From the NCBI GenBank assembly GCA_001244265.2, contig CDLV01000007.1, positions 1,736,001 to 1,800,000 of the forward strand: a stretch of 64,000 bases of DNA, written 5' to 3'. The notes beneath the pieces are model-generated. The model searched no databases. It saw nothing but the letters and a program-made list of their open reading frames with translations, and was not told the origin of the DNA. The stretch is from Microbotryum violaceum (Eukaryota). The translations under genes were made by a program, and so were the position numbers. The first letter of the stretch is position 1; the number at the start of each line of letters is the position of its first letter. Of this stretch, positions 17,174 to 28,339 are shown piece after piece.

Positions 17174-20100
17174 CCCGACCCTATAAAAGCCTAACTTTAA
17201 ACCGAGACCGTCGCTGGTGCGATCCCCAGCAAGAGGCGCATGCGGAAAAACGCACTTTTTTTGGCCTTTTTGTCAAAGTTTTTTACCCTATTTTTGCCCC
17301 AAAATGTCAAAATTTCGCATGCGCCTCGGAAACATTATCAAAATGTGTTCTACATGCTCCAAACATCGCTCAAAAGTTCTCGAAAACGCGTTCCGAGCGT
17401 TTGCGGGCGCGCGGCGGCCTATTGAAAGTGGCTTGCGGCGCGCGTCGCTTCGGCTGGTGTTGCGCGTGGCTCCACGCTTCAAACAAGCCTTCCTTGCTTG
17501 GCTGGCTGGCTCGCTGCTTCGTTGTCAGACTTCCTTTTTGCTGAAGTTGAGCTCCTTGTTTCTGCGGTGGCATTTGTGCGGCTTGTAGAGGTTCTGCCGG
17601 CGGCATCTCGCAGGCCGGGCACGCTCCGAAGGGCGGCAAATCTTTGCTCGGCATGTGCGCTTGTGCTGATCAGGCGCTCGTCCGGGTAACATTAGGTAAG
17701 GTCCGAGGTTGAACGATATGTAGTCGTTGACGGGCCTAATGACTCGATGACCTGTCGACCATCAATCATGGGGAACGGCATAGTGCCATCAATGAGGTGT
17801 GTGGAATAGCGTGTTTTTTTGATGAGGCGAAGCTCCTGTACGACGACCTTTGAGAGTAGAACCAACGAGGCGAGCGTATCTTGGTTGCAGTGGTTTGTTG
17901 TCATTCTGCTGTAGATGTGTCGCAATGTAGGACACAATACTTGTGTCAAACGAGAACTTCCTCAACTGCCACTCAAAACAACGCGCGTACCAATTCCGGT
18001 AGACAGCGCTTCTTCTCCATAAACAGTTTGATCGCAGCTGAGTGAATGCATGCCACACTTGAGGCCAAAGCAGATCAGAGATCCAATCTCCAGTGGTGTG
18101 GCAGCGGTTACAGCTACGCAAATAACTGTGAACGCGAGACTCGCCACCTCGATCTTACTTGAGCTTCGTCCTAGGCGTTCAAACGTTCAATGTCAGTCTG
18201 TGTATGCGCCTTAACAGAATGGAACATCCGAGAAAGAGCCGAAAGGGCTTACGTTCACCATCACCATTCTCTGCGTCCCCTTCGTCCTCGTCGCGGTCTT
18301 TTGGCAAAGAGTGGCCCAATTTGGTTGAACGCGCAAAGAGGAATGTTGAGGTGGAAGCTATCTTCCTCTGCGGGGAAGAGTAGTGGGTAACGGAGAGGCA
18401 TCGCAGACGGATGGAGCGAGCTAACGATTTGGTACTTGGGCCGACCATTGGGACATCGATCATCGTGCACCTGGAGAATAAGGTCTTGAGGTCCACGATC
18501 TCCCGTGTTGGTGTCGGAATCGCAGATAAGCATCGCCATTTCGGTGCTCGACGTAGGAAGGTTGTGGGTGCGTCGGTCTCGGCCAGCTGATAGGCAGAGG
18601 CACGGGACCCACTCTTTGGCCTAACCTGCGCGAGCTTTGGCCGATGCAAATTCCCTCACAAAACGGTTGCCGGTACGCACCGTAGAATTGAGCTTGGTCA
18701 AGGTAGATTTTTGTATGCGACTGTCTGCGCCGTCGGGTCCAAGTTGAGTGTCGGTGGCCTCGGCCGGGCAGATGAGCCATGTTTTGGCAAAGGTTGGGCG
18801 CTGATTGATGGCAGGAACTAGGGCGCCGAGAGTGGGCCCAGTCGATGGTAAAGGCGTCAAAAAATCCGAAACATGGGGGGTCCTTGAGTGCCTAGTCGAG
18901 TCTGGTCAAAGTGGGCAGCGAGCGAAGTGAAGACAGCGCGTTCAACTTGTTGTACGACCGGGCATTCTCGCGGAATGCAACCGCTTCTGTGTGGGTCGAG
19001 CTGTTCAGCATGTGGGCCTACGACGGACTGGAGAGACTGACCGGTATCCGACCCTTCAAGCAGCTGTCGATACTCGGGATTGGACCGGAGAGAGGAGGTA
19101 GCTGCACCTTGCCCTGCGAACAGCACGTGCTGTAGTGTCCGGTCGAATTCGACCTTTTGTACTCCCAGTGTCGAGCTTTGTAGTTGATACACACGGCCAT
19201 CTGGGGCCAAGGTAGTCGCGGATGGGAACGTGGGGCTTGAGTGGTTTGAGCTCAATTCGAGGCCTGCGCACTTGCCTCTGCGCAGGAAGAGGTGGTGGTG
19301 GGGCGAGCTCAGTGTCGGTTCGGCCATCGGGCCATCGCGCTGACCACGCTGTCCGTTCTACAAAGCTGTACGGCGGCGCTTATACGGCAATACCAAGATC
19401 GGTTGAGTTGTTGTCATTGTGCGCGGGGAGCTGATTCTGTTGATCGGAGCGGGACAAAGAGGAGAGTCGAGCAGCGGGCCAAGCAGCAGGCGCTCGAGTA
19501 AGCTCGAGCAGGCCCATTGTCTCCCATGGCACGGCACTGGCACGGCGGTACGCTATCCTCGCGCCAGACTCGGCGCGGTTGTCACAAAAATTCGGTGAGT
19601 GGGAGGGAAAGGAAATAATTAGGGAGAGTATCGCGGGACTATTTACAGCCCCTGGAAGATCCTGTTGTTGTTCAGCCCCTAAAACCGGTGTCGCGATGTA
19701 AACAATACACATCACGTGATTGACGGCGCATCCGTAAGCCGCGCCCGCAAAGACAGCGGGACAACCTCTGAGCTCTGTAGAAGAAGTGTCATGCAAACCC
19801 ACGCGTTTGCTATACATTAAATCCCACACAAACTGCTCAATAGTTGGGCACCCCGCCAAAAATCAACAAAATTTTTCCTCCGGCTGTAGCTCGACTTCTA
19901 TGGTGCAGAAAATGCGAAAAGGGTCGTACATGAATAACACAGGCAGGTGCGGCAGACCCAATACTGTACTGGTACATTCACTATAGGCGGCCCAGAGGGC
20001 CGCAACACAGTCAAAAATAGCGATTTTAGGTACATGGTCGCGGATCGACCTTTTTTATATATATAGAGGTAGTAATCTCGGACCGAAGTGAAGCGGAACG

Positions 20101-20466
20101 GAACCTGCGCCCTTTCAATATCGAATCGGCCTAATCCCTCACAGCCACTTAACTCATGTGATTACCGAAGATTGCTAGTACTAAGTGACTTGTTCAGGCG
20201 CGAGCATCGCTAAACGCGTCTCGAAGCGAAGGCGAACGGGCCCAAAGTCATGCCGAAGGTTGCTCAGGGTAGGCCAAAATTGGGCCGACTCACGGGAAAA
20301 TGTCAAAATCTGGGCATGCGCCTCGGGGGCGAAACGTGTGTTTCGTCCCAAAATGTCAATTTTTTGCAATGCGCCTCGACAATTTCCAGGATTTTGGGTC
20401 CTCAAAATGTCAAAAAAAATGCGCCTCCGGCTGGGCTTTGGGGGGGGGGGGGGGGGTCCTATCGGG
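17174..20466. mobile_element. Degenerate non-coding TIR-type element that hosts Helitron copy 1 (boundaries uncertain)
   Basis: Motif aaaatgtcaa..atgcgcctc occurs at ~17301, ~20297, ~20350 and ~20403. cccagcaagaggcgcat (~17225) is an imperfect inverted match to atgcgcctccggctggg (~20419). Both ends read CCCGA. No TSD found. Confidence 0.35.
17692..20188 (-). mobile_element. Degenerate, internally deleted Helitron (copy 1)
   Basis: Frameshifted Rep-Hel N-terminal remnants: CCSQGKVQLPPL, FDQTRLGTQGPPMFRI, HPSAMPLRYPLLFPAEEDSFH. Colinear similarity to 35630-37385. Termini are tentative: CTAA|T at 17692; TC starts at 20067 or 20188. Confidence 0.8.
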
Positions 20467-20566
20467 ATCCGGGATAAAGGTGACCGGCCGACCTCTTTCG
20501 CACGCGGTGCTCGCTCGGCCTCTCGCCGCGGTGTGCTCGTCTCACAGCGCGATACCTCAACACACG

Positions 20567-22382
20567 ATGCTTTCGACCCCCCTTCGATTCCTGCACATCC
20601 CTCTGACCGAGTTATGCCTGGCCACCGTACTCAAATCGGGCCAATCGTTCAGATGGCAACGCTTCGACGCGATTCAGGCCACACGTCCAGATGCCGCCGT
20701 CGCGAGCACCTCCATATCATCGCTGTCGGGAAATGAGCAAACGCTTAGCGATGAGGTGTCGAGAAAGCAGGGACCGGTAGAATGGGCTTTTGGGTGGGGT
20801 GATCGGACCGTGTGTTTGAGGCAAGATGGTCAGCTGGCAACAGTCGAACTTTCCTCCGTGGCGTGACGCCGACGCGTTTCGATCCGCGTAAATTGCAGCC
20901 GCGTCTACATCGATGGAAAGCTAACAGTCTTTCGCCGCACGCATACAGACCAAGGCATCTACTACCGTGCCTTGTACCCCTACCACCACCGCAACGCGCT
21001 CTTGGTCGATCTCGAAACGAATAGCACTTTGGCCTTGCTGCGCCACTATTTCAACCTCGACTCGACACCGCTTGTCGCTCTTTATGCCGATTGGTCCGCA
21101 AGGGATCCGCACTTCAAGAAGAAGATTGAGAAAGAGTCGGAACGACTCAAGGGGATTCGAGTATTGAATCAAGATCCCTGGGAGAACCTTATTAGGTCAG
21201 CTGTGGTTTATGGGCTGAGACTCTTGTCAGTCGACGCTGAGTCTGACTGCTTTCACGCTCAAACCACGCACCACAGCTTCATCTGCTCTGCCAACAACAA
21301 CATCTCGCGCATCACGTTGATGGTCAACCGAGTATGCGAGGTTCTGGGTGAAAGGTTACCCCACCCCACACTTTTCGACCCCTCGACGGTCTGCGAAAAC
21401 GTGGCTTCGGTGCCCGCAGCCCCGCCAACTTGCCCGTCGACAGCCGAACCCTCGATGTATGCATTCCCCTCTCCGACCTCTCTCGCCCAATCCAACACCG
21501 ACGCTCTCCTTCGCCATCTCGGCTTCGGCTATCGAGCACCCTACATCGCCTGGTCGTCCCAACACCTCTTGGACCATTCCGTCTCCCTCCAACTCACACC
21601 AGACGAATACCTCGCCTCACTCAAGCAAATCAACTTCGAGAAAAAGGGCGGGATCGAAGCTGCTCGAGAGGAATTGTTGAGGTTCAAGGGTGTAGGGAGG
21701 AAGGTGGCGGACTGTGTGCTGTTGTTCTCTTTGGGGTGGACACAGACAGTGCCTATCGATACGCATGTCTTCCAAGTAGGTGTATGCCCTCTTTGAGGAC
21801 CGCCCATGTTCACATCTAACTCCGAACTCACTTTCCTTGATCCAGTTCGCCATCCGCGACTACGCCTTCCCTTGTTCCAAAGCCACAGCACTCACGCCCC
21901 TCCTCCAAGATCAAGTTGCCAACAAACTAGTTCAACTTTGGGGTCCTTATGCCGGCCACGCGCAACAGGTACTCTTCTTTGCCGATTTGAAACCTGCTAA
22001 ACCCGGTGCTGGTGCGGCCAAGGGGGTTAGAAGTGTGCTGGAGTTGAGCAAGTTTGAGGAAGATGTCGTGAAGGAGGATAGGAAACCTACATGGCAGGAA
22101 GAGGTGGATGAACTGACGAGAACACCTGGGATCAAGAGGAGGAGGGTACAAGTTACGACGACGCCGACAACGATGACGATGATCAAGCAGGTTGGAGTTG
22201 AAATTGTGGGAACCAAAGTCAAAGTCGAGGATGCGTACCCTTCACCGGCTTCATCGACGTATACTTCATCATCTTCTTCGAGGAGAGAAGCGGGACTCAA
22301 AAAGAGAGGGAGGAGCAGGAGGGATTTGAAGGAGGAGCAGGAGATGGAGGTCATGTCGAGGAAGAGTCCGATCAAGGGCTGA
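20567..22382 (+). CDS. OGG1: 8-oxoguanine DNA glycosylase/AP lyase
   Basis: ELCLATVLKSGQSFRW, GIRVLNQDPWENLI|SFICSANNNISRITLMV, LRHLGFGYRA, HhH-GPD motif LLRFKGVGRKVADCVLLFSL..VPIDTHVFQ, WGPYAGHAQQVLF. Confidence 0.96.
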
Positions 22383-23002
22383 GCACTTGGGGCTTTCAAA
22401 GTTTCTTGAGAAGGGTTTTTACGTTTTTTTGATTTCTCTTCCTGGGTCGATCCAACCTTTTTCTATAGCCGCTCGACTCTCAAGTCGGCAAACTGATATC
22501 TTGATTCGCTCATTTCGAGAGTCTCCCATACACCAGAGCTGCAGCGACATTCGTCAAATACTGATGTGCCACATCAATAATTTCAAGTTACGAGTAGGCA
22601 GTCAGAGGGGCTAAGGCGAGGTACTCACCTCACACCGTGTGTTAAACTGAGTCGATTAGTCATCGATGGTCTCTGCATGAGCATCGTAGGGACTTCAAGG
22701 GACTTCATGCAGCTTCACGCGATCGCCGCAGCTGTGCGCTCTTGCTCTTCGCTCGGCCCTAGCTTCACACCTCCACTTCGCGCCTTCCCCTATCCTCGAA
22801 GCTCTAGGCGCAAGCCGCAGCCTCACCTTCAGCACCCTCTCCTAATCGATACTCGACGCGCATTCAAAGCAGTCAGCGAATCCGAGTAGTTGCCATCTCA
22901 CAAGCGCTCGCAGGCAACCTAGAACCCGAAGGCCGCCCGACGTCACCTTGGCCGCCTCTGCAGCTCAATATCAGCCCAACGCCCACTACCCGCAGAGTGC
23001 CC

Positions 23003-24231
23003 ATGGCGCCCCACTTTTTCAAGCACAAGTCTGATCATCACCACCATAACCAAAAAGCCGAGGATGATCTGAGCTCGCAACTCTCCCGCTTGACCAGTGG
23101 CGAGGACACAGCCGCGAACCACCCAACCTCGATCCTCTCGACCGGCGGCACCGGCAGTGGCTCGACAACACCATTACCACATGACTCTCTCGACCAGGAA
23201 GACAACGACGATGAACAACCGGAAGGTTGCGGTGGTGTCCCCGGATCGAGTTGCCGTTCCAAGCCACTTCGACCAAAGGAATCTCGGATGCCGAGTAGCG
23301 GCGGATCGTCTTCGAATGGCGGTCCGAGTCTGACCCACTCGGACACGATGAGTTCCACCTCATCCTCGTCCTCTTCTCACCCCACTTCCGGATTAAGCAC
23401 ACATGGATCGTCTTCTTCCTCCTCCAAACACTCCTCCTTGGCTCTCTCTTCCTTCGTCAAAGGCCATCACGGCTCCTCCCACTCGGGCAAACACTCGTCT
23501 TCTCCAGCTCCAGAACCTTTCATCCTCCCGAGGGATCCGATCGCCTTGTGTGAAGCGGCCATGTCCTCGATTCTTACCGTTCCTGGCCCGCCGATCGAGC
23601 AGTTGAAGAAGGAAATTTGGCCCCAGTTGTTCCACATTGCGTGAGTTATCGGGATATTCATTTCGAGAAGATTCTCGAGGTGCTGACTGGCGCAAACGTG
23701 GGATTCGAACAGCTACGAGCATCGTGTCAATACACGAGAAGTCAACTTGGATGGCTTGGTTGAGATCGTTGAATTCCTCCGAGGGCGTTACCAAGTGAGT
23801 AGACCTCCTACTGCCGATCGTCTCGAACCGAACGTGTAAAAACTGATATGCCCATTATCTTATACACAGTCCGCAAGGCTCCGGTTCCGCTCGCACTTGA
23901 TGGACATGGACGGGACAGCGTCGATGAAGCGAGCTGCAGTCGCAATCGTATACGAGATCATAGTCCAAGTCAAACATCCCATCACACCCCATAAGCATCA
24001 CAGTCATATTGACGAAGTGTGAGTGTTCCTTTACCCTGCTGGCTGAACAAGAGAACACGCGCTGATTTGCTCGTCCATCGACCTGATCCTTCCAGTCGTA
24101 CCTCCGCCATGGGCGTCGTCAAGATTTTTGAGGGGAGGTTGGCTCAATCGGATTTGGTCATCGACACGGCGCCTCTGCAAAAAGCGGCCACATCGGAGAA
24201 CCAACCTGATTTGTCCTGCACAATCATGTGA
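23003..24231 (+). CDS. Uncharacterised protein: Ser/His-rich disordered N-terminus, compact C-terminal domain, C-terminal CAAX (CTIM)
   Basis: Four exons splice in frame through GTGAGT..CAG introns (donors at ~23641, ~23795, ~24019). Product ends ...SENQPDLSCTIM*. Confidence 0.75.
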
Positions 24232-25244
24232 TTGATATTCGGGGATGATTTTGAATGCTATCTTTCTAAGCGTGAGATAGAATTCGAATGTACTATTCTT
24301 GTGTCCTATTTCGAGCAAATCAGTTCCGCTGAAGGTGACTGTAGCAAGTCATGTGTACTTGGATAATGAAGCGCGGCAGAGTTGCAGCAAAATGGTTACG
24401 GAAATGGCTGAAGTGCGCGGCATGAGATTGTCGGACGACTATCGAGCTACTCCTGGTGGTCTGAGAATCGCACAAATGGCGAGTTGTTCGATCCAAGACA
24501 GCATGCGGGATCGGGTTTTCGCTGAAGAGGCGCCGCCGAGCCTCTCTCGCTCCGCTTTCAGCCCAACGGACTTATCTTTCAAGGGCACGCCACTCAGACT
24601 CTTGGGACCATTGAAGATTCACTTACTCACTGTACCAATCTCATGGGAAGCGGGCCGGAGGGTGGCGTAAAGTGTGGACACTCCGTAAGGACGGCCGGGG
24701 AAACCGTCTACTATACTTGAACAGAACACTGCAGTCGCCCTCAGGGGGCCTATCAGCATGGATCCGGAGCGAGCAAGATCTTGGCCAATATAAGAGCAGT
24801 AGAAGGGATATGCAAGGAGGGCGAAGGTACTAGATCTACAGTGAATAGCCATTGTGTGTGCGGATGAACTTCCGATGAAGTCGTACGAGAACGTATTGTG
24901 TTTCACGAGCACCGCCGAAGACGTCGCGATTCGTCGCACCCGCCGCAGTTGCCAACGAGTCAACGAGGTTGAACGTTCAGCGGCCGGCATATATTGCCAG
25001 AGATACGAACGAAGGTCATGGTCAGCTTTGTACAAAGGAGCGGAGCTGGTGCTAGTGTATCAAGGGTCCGCATTAGATCTGATCTGATCTGGCGGGGGTC
25101 AGATCAAGTTCAGATCAATCCCTGAAGTTCTCTAGAGCTGAAGGTTTGTTCAACGAAAATTGGGAGCGCGAGCTGAGGAAATTGATGACAATCTCAACAT
25201 TAGTAATTCTCGCTGGCGGGGAGCGGCTCTGGTCGGGCGGGGTG

Positions 25245-26409
25245 GTGCTAGCGGTGATGGACTTTGAAAAGGCTTACGATCGTCTTTTCCACACGTACCT
25301 TGATGCAGTCCTCTGCGCCGTTGGCCTCGGCCCCAAAGCCCGCCAATGGTACCGAGCGACCTACACCAACCAATCCGCTTTGGTCTTCCTCAACGGTTGG
25401 CTCTCTGCCGCTTTCGACATCCTGTCGGGCGTTCGGCAAAGGTGATCCTCTGGCTCCGTCTCTCTTCGTTCTGGCGATCGAAGGTTTTGCCTGTCAGATT
25501 CGATTGAGAGTCAAGGGCATCGACATTGCGGGCCTCCAAAACATTCGAAAACTCCTCTTTGCCGACGACGCTTGCTGCGCACTCCACAACCTCTCGGACC
25601 TCGACCACCTCAATCGAGCGATCGAGCTTTACGAACGGGCAAGTGCCAGCAAGCTCCGCAACAACAAATATTTCCTCTACCCCCTTGGAGCGTTTCGGGA
25701 TCGGCCGATCGCCCCAGATCTCGGGACCTGGCGTCTCAACGATTCGCAGTTTCGCTACCTTGGTATTCAGGTCGGGGTGGAGATCGCCGAGGATGCGGGC
25801 TGGGAAGATGTCAAGGCCTCGACCATCGCTCGGATACGCTCAATTCCGATGTACCATCTCCCATATGCAGCCAAGTGTTCGATCATCAACATCTACTGCT
25901 ACACAAAGATCCTGTACTACAGCCGATTCCTCCCCGCCCCAAGAGCGTTGTCAAGGAGATCGAGGAGGCCGCCATGCTCGCCATTCACGGTCGAGCTTCG
26001 GATGGTACTCAGCGACGTCCGAAAGTCTCCCGGTCGCGCCTCTGCACCCCTCTCGATCACGGCGGCTTCGGCTTGATTGATCTACCTCGGCGTCTAGCGA
26101 TCGATCACGCGAAGTGGGCCTTCTAGCTCCGGGCCCGGACGGCTGCTTCACACGCCACCTCTTCGACATCCGCATCCACCTCCAGGCACCGAACGAACCA
26201 ACCCCTTTCACCTTGTCCAGACCGGCCCCCAACCAGCATCCTCGCCCTTGGATCTGGATCTGGTAGGCATACTTTTTCCATCCTCCCCCAAAGTGGGAAC
26301 ATGCGGTAAGAAAGACGACAAAACTTCTTCCTGCTCGTTGGGTCCAATACTTCGAAGCCTGGGCATTGGTGACCACGCTTAACCCCCGGAACTCTCCAAG
26401 AGCCAGAAC
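25245..26409 (+). mobile_element. L1/Tx1-clade non-LTR retrotransposon 1, 5'-truncated RT portion (frameshifted)
   Basis: DFEKAYDR, SGVRQ/GDPLAPSLF, LLFADD, FRYLGI, GGFGLIDL motifs. Confidence 0.88.
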
Positions 26410-26693
26410 TATTAGAACCTAAAGCCGAGGCACGAGATACGTATAGTACGAGAGCCGAGGATGATAGTAAAGACAGTTCGGTATTGCAAAGTAACTAACC
26501 TAAAGCCGAGGCACGAGATACGTTTAGTACGAGAGCCGAGGATGATAGTAAAGACAGTTCGAGAAAGAAGAGAAGCGCAGAATAGGAGCGCGCGAGGCAA
26601 GCAATAGCCGCGCGAGGCGACTAATATCAACAACTAGTAACTAATCGTGATCGGTAATAGAAGTGGGATGAAACAGCAATATATACTCTGACA
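26410..26693 (-). mobile_element. Copia LTR (solo-type) with an internal ~80-bp tandem duplication
   Basis: Reverse complement of the split LTR at 34970-35038 plus 37425-37558. Starts TGTCAGAG and ends ..CTAATA on the minus strand. Confidence 0.9.
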
Positions 26694-28312
26694 ACGTGCT
26701 CGTGCTGTAGGGCGGGTTCCTTAGAGTGCTGCCAGAACCCGCGTCGATGACCAACCAGAGCCCAGCCCTTCCCTTCGTCCCTCCAGTACAGGTCCGCGAT
26801 CTGCGCAAACTTCGCCACTGCGTCCGCATCGTCATACGCGTACTTGACATCTTCGGCATAGAGTGAAGGGAGGCGAGGCGGAAGTGAGAGCAATTCGGGA
26901 AGCGTCAGGAGTTTGGACTTGATGGTTGGTAAAGTGACCCTGGCCGCTGCAACGACTGCCCCCAGCGCGTCGAGTCGCGGTAAAGCTTCTCGAGCCGAGC
27001 CGTGCTGCTGAAGAACCCTCACGGACTGAAATCGCGGGTCGCAGCGACGAGGGACCTCCAGCTCTCGCGAGCTAGGGGCGCCCAGATCGCCTCGTTCGAG
27101 CCCGCCACAGCATCCCAAAATCGAAGCGCCACCGAATGAACGATGTCGCCGACCGAAATCAAGCCCAAGCCACCGTCCTCCCGAGCCTGGAACACGAATT
27201 CGCGAGCGACGGTATTTCGCCCTGCTCCTCCCCAGACAAAATCCGTAAGTGCTGTCTCCGCCGCCTTAATGAACCATTGAGGCGGTATGTCGAAGGACAG
27301 CACGTGGAGGACCGTCGAGATGATGTGAGCGTTGGCATAGAACACCTTCCCACTCGGCGAAAGTGTCCGGTCTCCAGCGGCGGGGGTCTTGGCCTTGATC
27401 CTGTCAAGAACATGGGTCCAAAACAGTTTCGAGTCACCGTGGCGAAAGAAGGCATAGCCGCACCACTTGAAGCTCTCCCCCTCCTGCACCGTTGGCAGCG
27501 CCTGCGCAGTCTCGTCCCGAAGCCAGTTCGGTCCGAGTGGTAGCACCAGCGTCTTGTCCGTGTTGGTCTTCCCGTTGGTTGCCTCGTACCACGTCTGCGA
27601 CAGCGTTTCCAGCTTCGACAATGCCGCCGGTGACTCCACCACCACCACAGCATCGTCGGCAAACGCGAGATGCGTAAGCTGCGCACGCGGCCCCCCTGGC
27701 CACACCTTCTGCAGGTCGAGCGCGATCCCGCGCCGAACGAGGGCGTCGAGGAAGGGCTGGAACGTGATGTTCCAAACCGGGCACGAGAGGGGATTCCCCT
27801 GACCGAGACTACACAGCAACCGCACCAAGTCCGTGGGGAACCCACTGACAAGGTAGCGCACCCCCAGAGTCTCGGGATCGTAGAGAGCACGCAGCAGCGA
27901 GATGAAACGCTCACCGAACCCAAAAGCCTCAAAAACCTCGAAGATCCAGGCGTGATCGACCCGGTTGTACGCGCTCTGCTGATCCAAAGACAAGAGGGCA
28001 CCCTCGGGGAAAACTTCAGTGCCTAGCGACTTGAGTTTTTCGAGAAGGAGAGTGAGATGACTTCCCGCGTCTGCTGAACGTCTTGATGGCATGAAACCGT
28101 GTTGCGCCGGCGGCAAAAGCTCGCCGAGCACCCCATTGAGTCGCGCCACCAAGACCTTGCTGAGGACCTTGTAGGTCGTCTCGCGCAGTGTGATCGGTCG
28201 ATATGCCCCCAGTGATTTCAGATTGGCCCCCGGTTTGTTCTTGGGCAAAAGCCGCACCAGCCCCTCTGCCAAGGACGCCGTCATTTTACCCCCCTCCCAA
28301 ATCGAGTTGAAC
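26694..28312 (-). mobile_element. L1/Tx1-clade non-LTR retrotransposon 2, RT portion
   Basis: LLPKNK..YRPITL..YKVLSKVL, QHGFMPSR, LDQQSAYNRVDH, GQGNPLS, LAFADD, DGGLGL motifs in ORF 27019-28440. Confidence 0.9.
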
Positions 28313-28339
28313 AACCCTAACCCTCGATTGGGTTGAAGA

